Assembly (NCBI RefSeq): GCF_006345805.1
Contig: NC_043013.1
Location: 32,426,001-32,490,000, forward strand
DNA: 64,000 bases
Source: Octopus sinensis
Taxonomy: Eukaryota
Direction: 5' to 3'
Below, piece by piece: positions 61,611-64,000 of this stretch. A program made the translations under genes and the position numbers. The notes under the pieces were generated by a model. It was not told the origin of the DNA. It worked only from the letters and a program-made list of their open reading frames with translations, and made no database searches. Numbering within the stretch: the first letter of the stretch is position 1; each line of letters starts with the position of its first letter.

Positions 61611-62213
61611 TAAATTATATAACTATTTCAGTTGCTGGTTGGTGTTAATGCATTTAGTCATTTTATGATATCCCTATGAATAATTTCAACTGCTTTAAAG
61701 TTGGAACGCATTTGAATTATGTAACATCACATTTCATGCAAATTATGCGTTTTCCCTTTGTTCGGAATAAGTATGATAAATTAGTGTGGTCTTTTTACTT
61801 CAGCGGGCTTAACAGATTATCTGCTTACTAATCAATTGCTATAACTGTTATTAATACCTTTTCTATCCTGATAAGTTCTGCGTAGTGTGGGAGGTTATGA
61901 CATATCTAGTGTGCTCTTTGGAGGAGCGAGCGACTTTGTGAAAGAAATGTATATTTAAGAGGTCAAACATTGGGATACACACTTGTCAGAGAGTTCTGGT
62001 AATAAATGGTAATGGTTAATATCGTGGAAGGAAGTTTTGTTCTTAACCTATAAATCATGTACACATTTTAGATTCTATGTTATTAAACTCCTTACGATTG
62101 TGCAATTGCGTCTCATCTTCGAAAGCTACTTAGATGCATACATACTTACAAACATACAGCATATATATTTATATATATATATATAGATAGATATATTCAG
62201 ACATAGATGTATG

Positions 62214-62249
<36 letters not shown>

Positions 62250-62589
62250 GCACATGCATATCTATATACATGCATATATATGTAAATATAAATATACATA
62301 CAGATATATAAACATATATACATATGTATATATATATACATACATATATATATATACATATATATATATAGGTACATATATATTCATATGTACGTATATG
62401 CGTGTGCATATATGTGTGTATCTATATATACATATATGTATATGTTTATATATGTGTATATATATATATGTATGTATATATATATATATATATGTGTGTG
62501 TGCGTGTGTGTATATATATGTGTATATTTTTTTTTTCTGTACTTGTTTCAGTCATTTGACTGCGGCCATGCTGGAGCACCGCCTTTTAG

Positions 62590-62755
62590 AGTGGTGAAAG
62601 AGTACAGCAGGGATCACCACCTCCTGCCGGAGCCTCGTGGAGCTTTTAGGTGTTTTCGCTCAATAAACACACACAACGCCCGGTCTGGGAATCGAAACCG
62701 CGATCCTCCGACCGCAAGTCCGCTGCCCTAACCACTAGGCCATTGCGCCTCCATA
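62590..62755 (-). mobile_element. SINE family C, 3'-truncated, fused to a family B tail scrap at 62535-62590
   Basis: Matches ~29470-29637. Confidence 0.85.
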
Positions 62756-63228
62756 TATATATATATATATATATATATACGTTAAGATAATTCTCTATTT
62801 CCAATTATATATGTATATATAATATATATATATAATATATATATATATAATATATATAATATATATATATATATACATATATACATACATATATACATAC
62901 ATATATACATCTGTGTATTGTGTGTGCGCGCGCGCATATCGTCAACATACCTACCCAACGACCTGCAACAGATTGCAAATCGAGAATTATCTTAATATAT
63001 GAGAAATTGCAACGAAATCGCCATCAAATCACATCCTCACATCCAAGGCATAAATATACTGGACAATGTAACATACTTGATAAGAAAAAAGGCGGAATGG
63101 TTATGACTACTCGATAAATGTTGACCTAGGACTGACCGCGGTTAAACACCCACAGCATATCGGCTAAATGTTAATGGTTTCAGACGATCTAGCGGTTTTG
63201 AATATTTCCTACTACATATATTATGTAA

Positions 63229-63612
63229 CTAGCAGTATCGCCCGGCGTTGCTCAGGTTTGTAAGGGAAATAACTATAAAGCATTTTTAGAGAGTTATAGC
63301 CAAAAAATAGCAAAAAAATGGAAAAAAAATGATGGTAAATTTTTTTAAGAGTAAAAAAAGGTCGAGTTGCGTCCCCTAGACAGTCTGTGGTTTGTGTTTC
63401 TGATTCTCGACCCCATGTCGAATTTATCGATTTTTTTCAGAACTGGGGGAACTTTTCAAAATTTTCGCTGCGTTAGTTTTGAATTATGACATTGGGCTAT
63501 GTGTGTGTCAAGTTTCATCAAAATCGGTTGAAAGCAGTGGTCAGGGTGAGGGTACAACCAAACAGACACACAGAAACACACACAGACAAACTGCCGTTTA
63601 TATAGAGAGAGA
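63229..63612 (-). mobile_element. Non-autonomous Helitron
   Basis: Minus strand A|TC start, 3' CCTGAGCAACGCCGGGCGATACTGCTAG|T end; last ~100 bp shared with 49025-49418. Confidence 0.82.
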
Positions 63613-63734
63613 TAAAATGTTTCGAAATTGGGCTAAAACGGAGACCTGAAAATATCTGCATACGTGTGAAGTATTCATGAAATCTATATCACTACGCGAC
63701 ACTTTAGGCAAATGTCCGATTTTGTTATATTTCT

Positions 63735-64000
63735 TATTTCTTTATTGCCCACAAGGGGCTAAACGCAGAGGGGACAAACAAAGGGATTAAGTCGATTTCA
63801 TCGACCCCAGTGCGAAACTGGTACTTAATTTATCGACCAGGAAAGGATGAAAGGTAAAATCGACCTCGGCGGAATTTGAACTCAGAACGTAACGGCAGAC
63901 GAAATACCTATTTCTATTTTACCCAAAAGGGGCTAAACATAGAGGGGACAAACAAGGACAGACAAAGGTATTAAGTCGATTACATCAATCCCAGTAATTA
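63735..64000 (-). mobile_element. SINE family A tandem units, tail A (runs off the window end)
   Basis: Reverse-complement tail and body, repeated from ~63909. Confidence 0.88.

Overview
AT-rich, repeat-dense animal genomic DNA with no host protein-coding gene that I can support. The SINE families, the microsatellite load and the TE types point to an octopus (coleoid cephalopod) genome; this is an inference from recognised repeats, not a database match. Main contents: (1) a near full-length but frameshifted Tx1/L1-clade LINE on the minus strand (3801-9635; ORF1 with CCHC knuckle, ORF2 with APE endonuclease, RT and C-terminal zinc motif), flanked on both sides by (GATA)n, plus a 5'-truncated relative next to it; (2) four tRNA-derived SINE families, many in tandem arrays; (3) fragments of R4/Dong, CR1 and Penelope-like retroelements, the latter with minimal hammerhead-like motifs; (4) mariner/Tc1 relics, hAT and pogo-type MITEs and two non-autonomous Helitrons; (5) a 33-bp-period minisatellite built on a TTCCNGGAA palindrome, a ~750-bp CTG/CTA tract and several fold-back palindromes next to (TA)n. 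Best leads: the Tx1 LINE shares its 3' tail with the most common SINE (candidate partner LINE-SINE pair, possibly with target preference), and the Penelope hammerhead motifs all carry a non-canonical A6U core. Most coordinates were read by eye; SINE and fragment boundaries are approximate.
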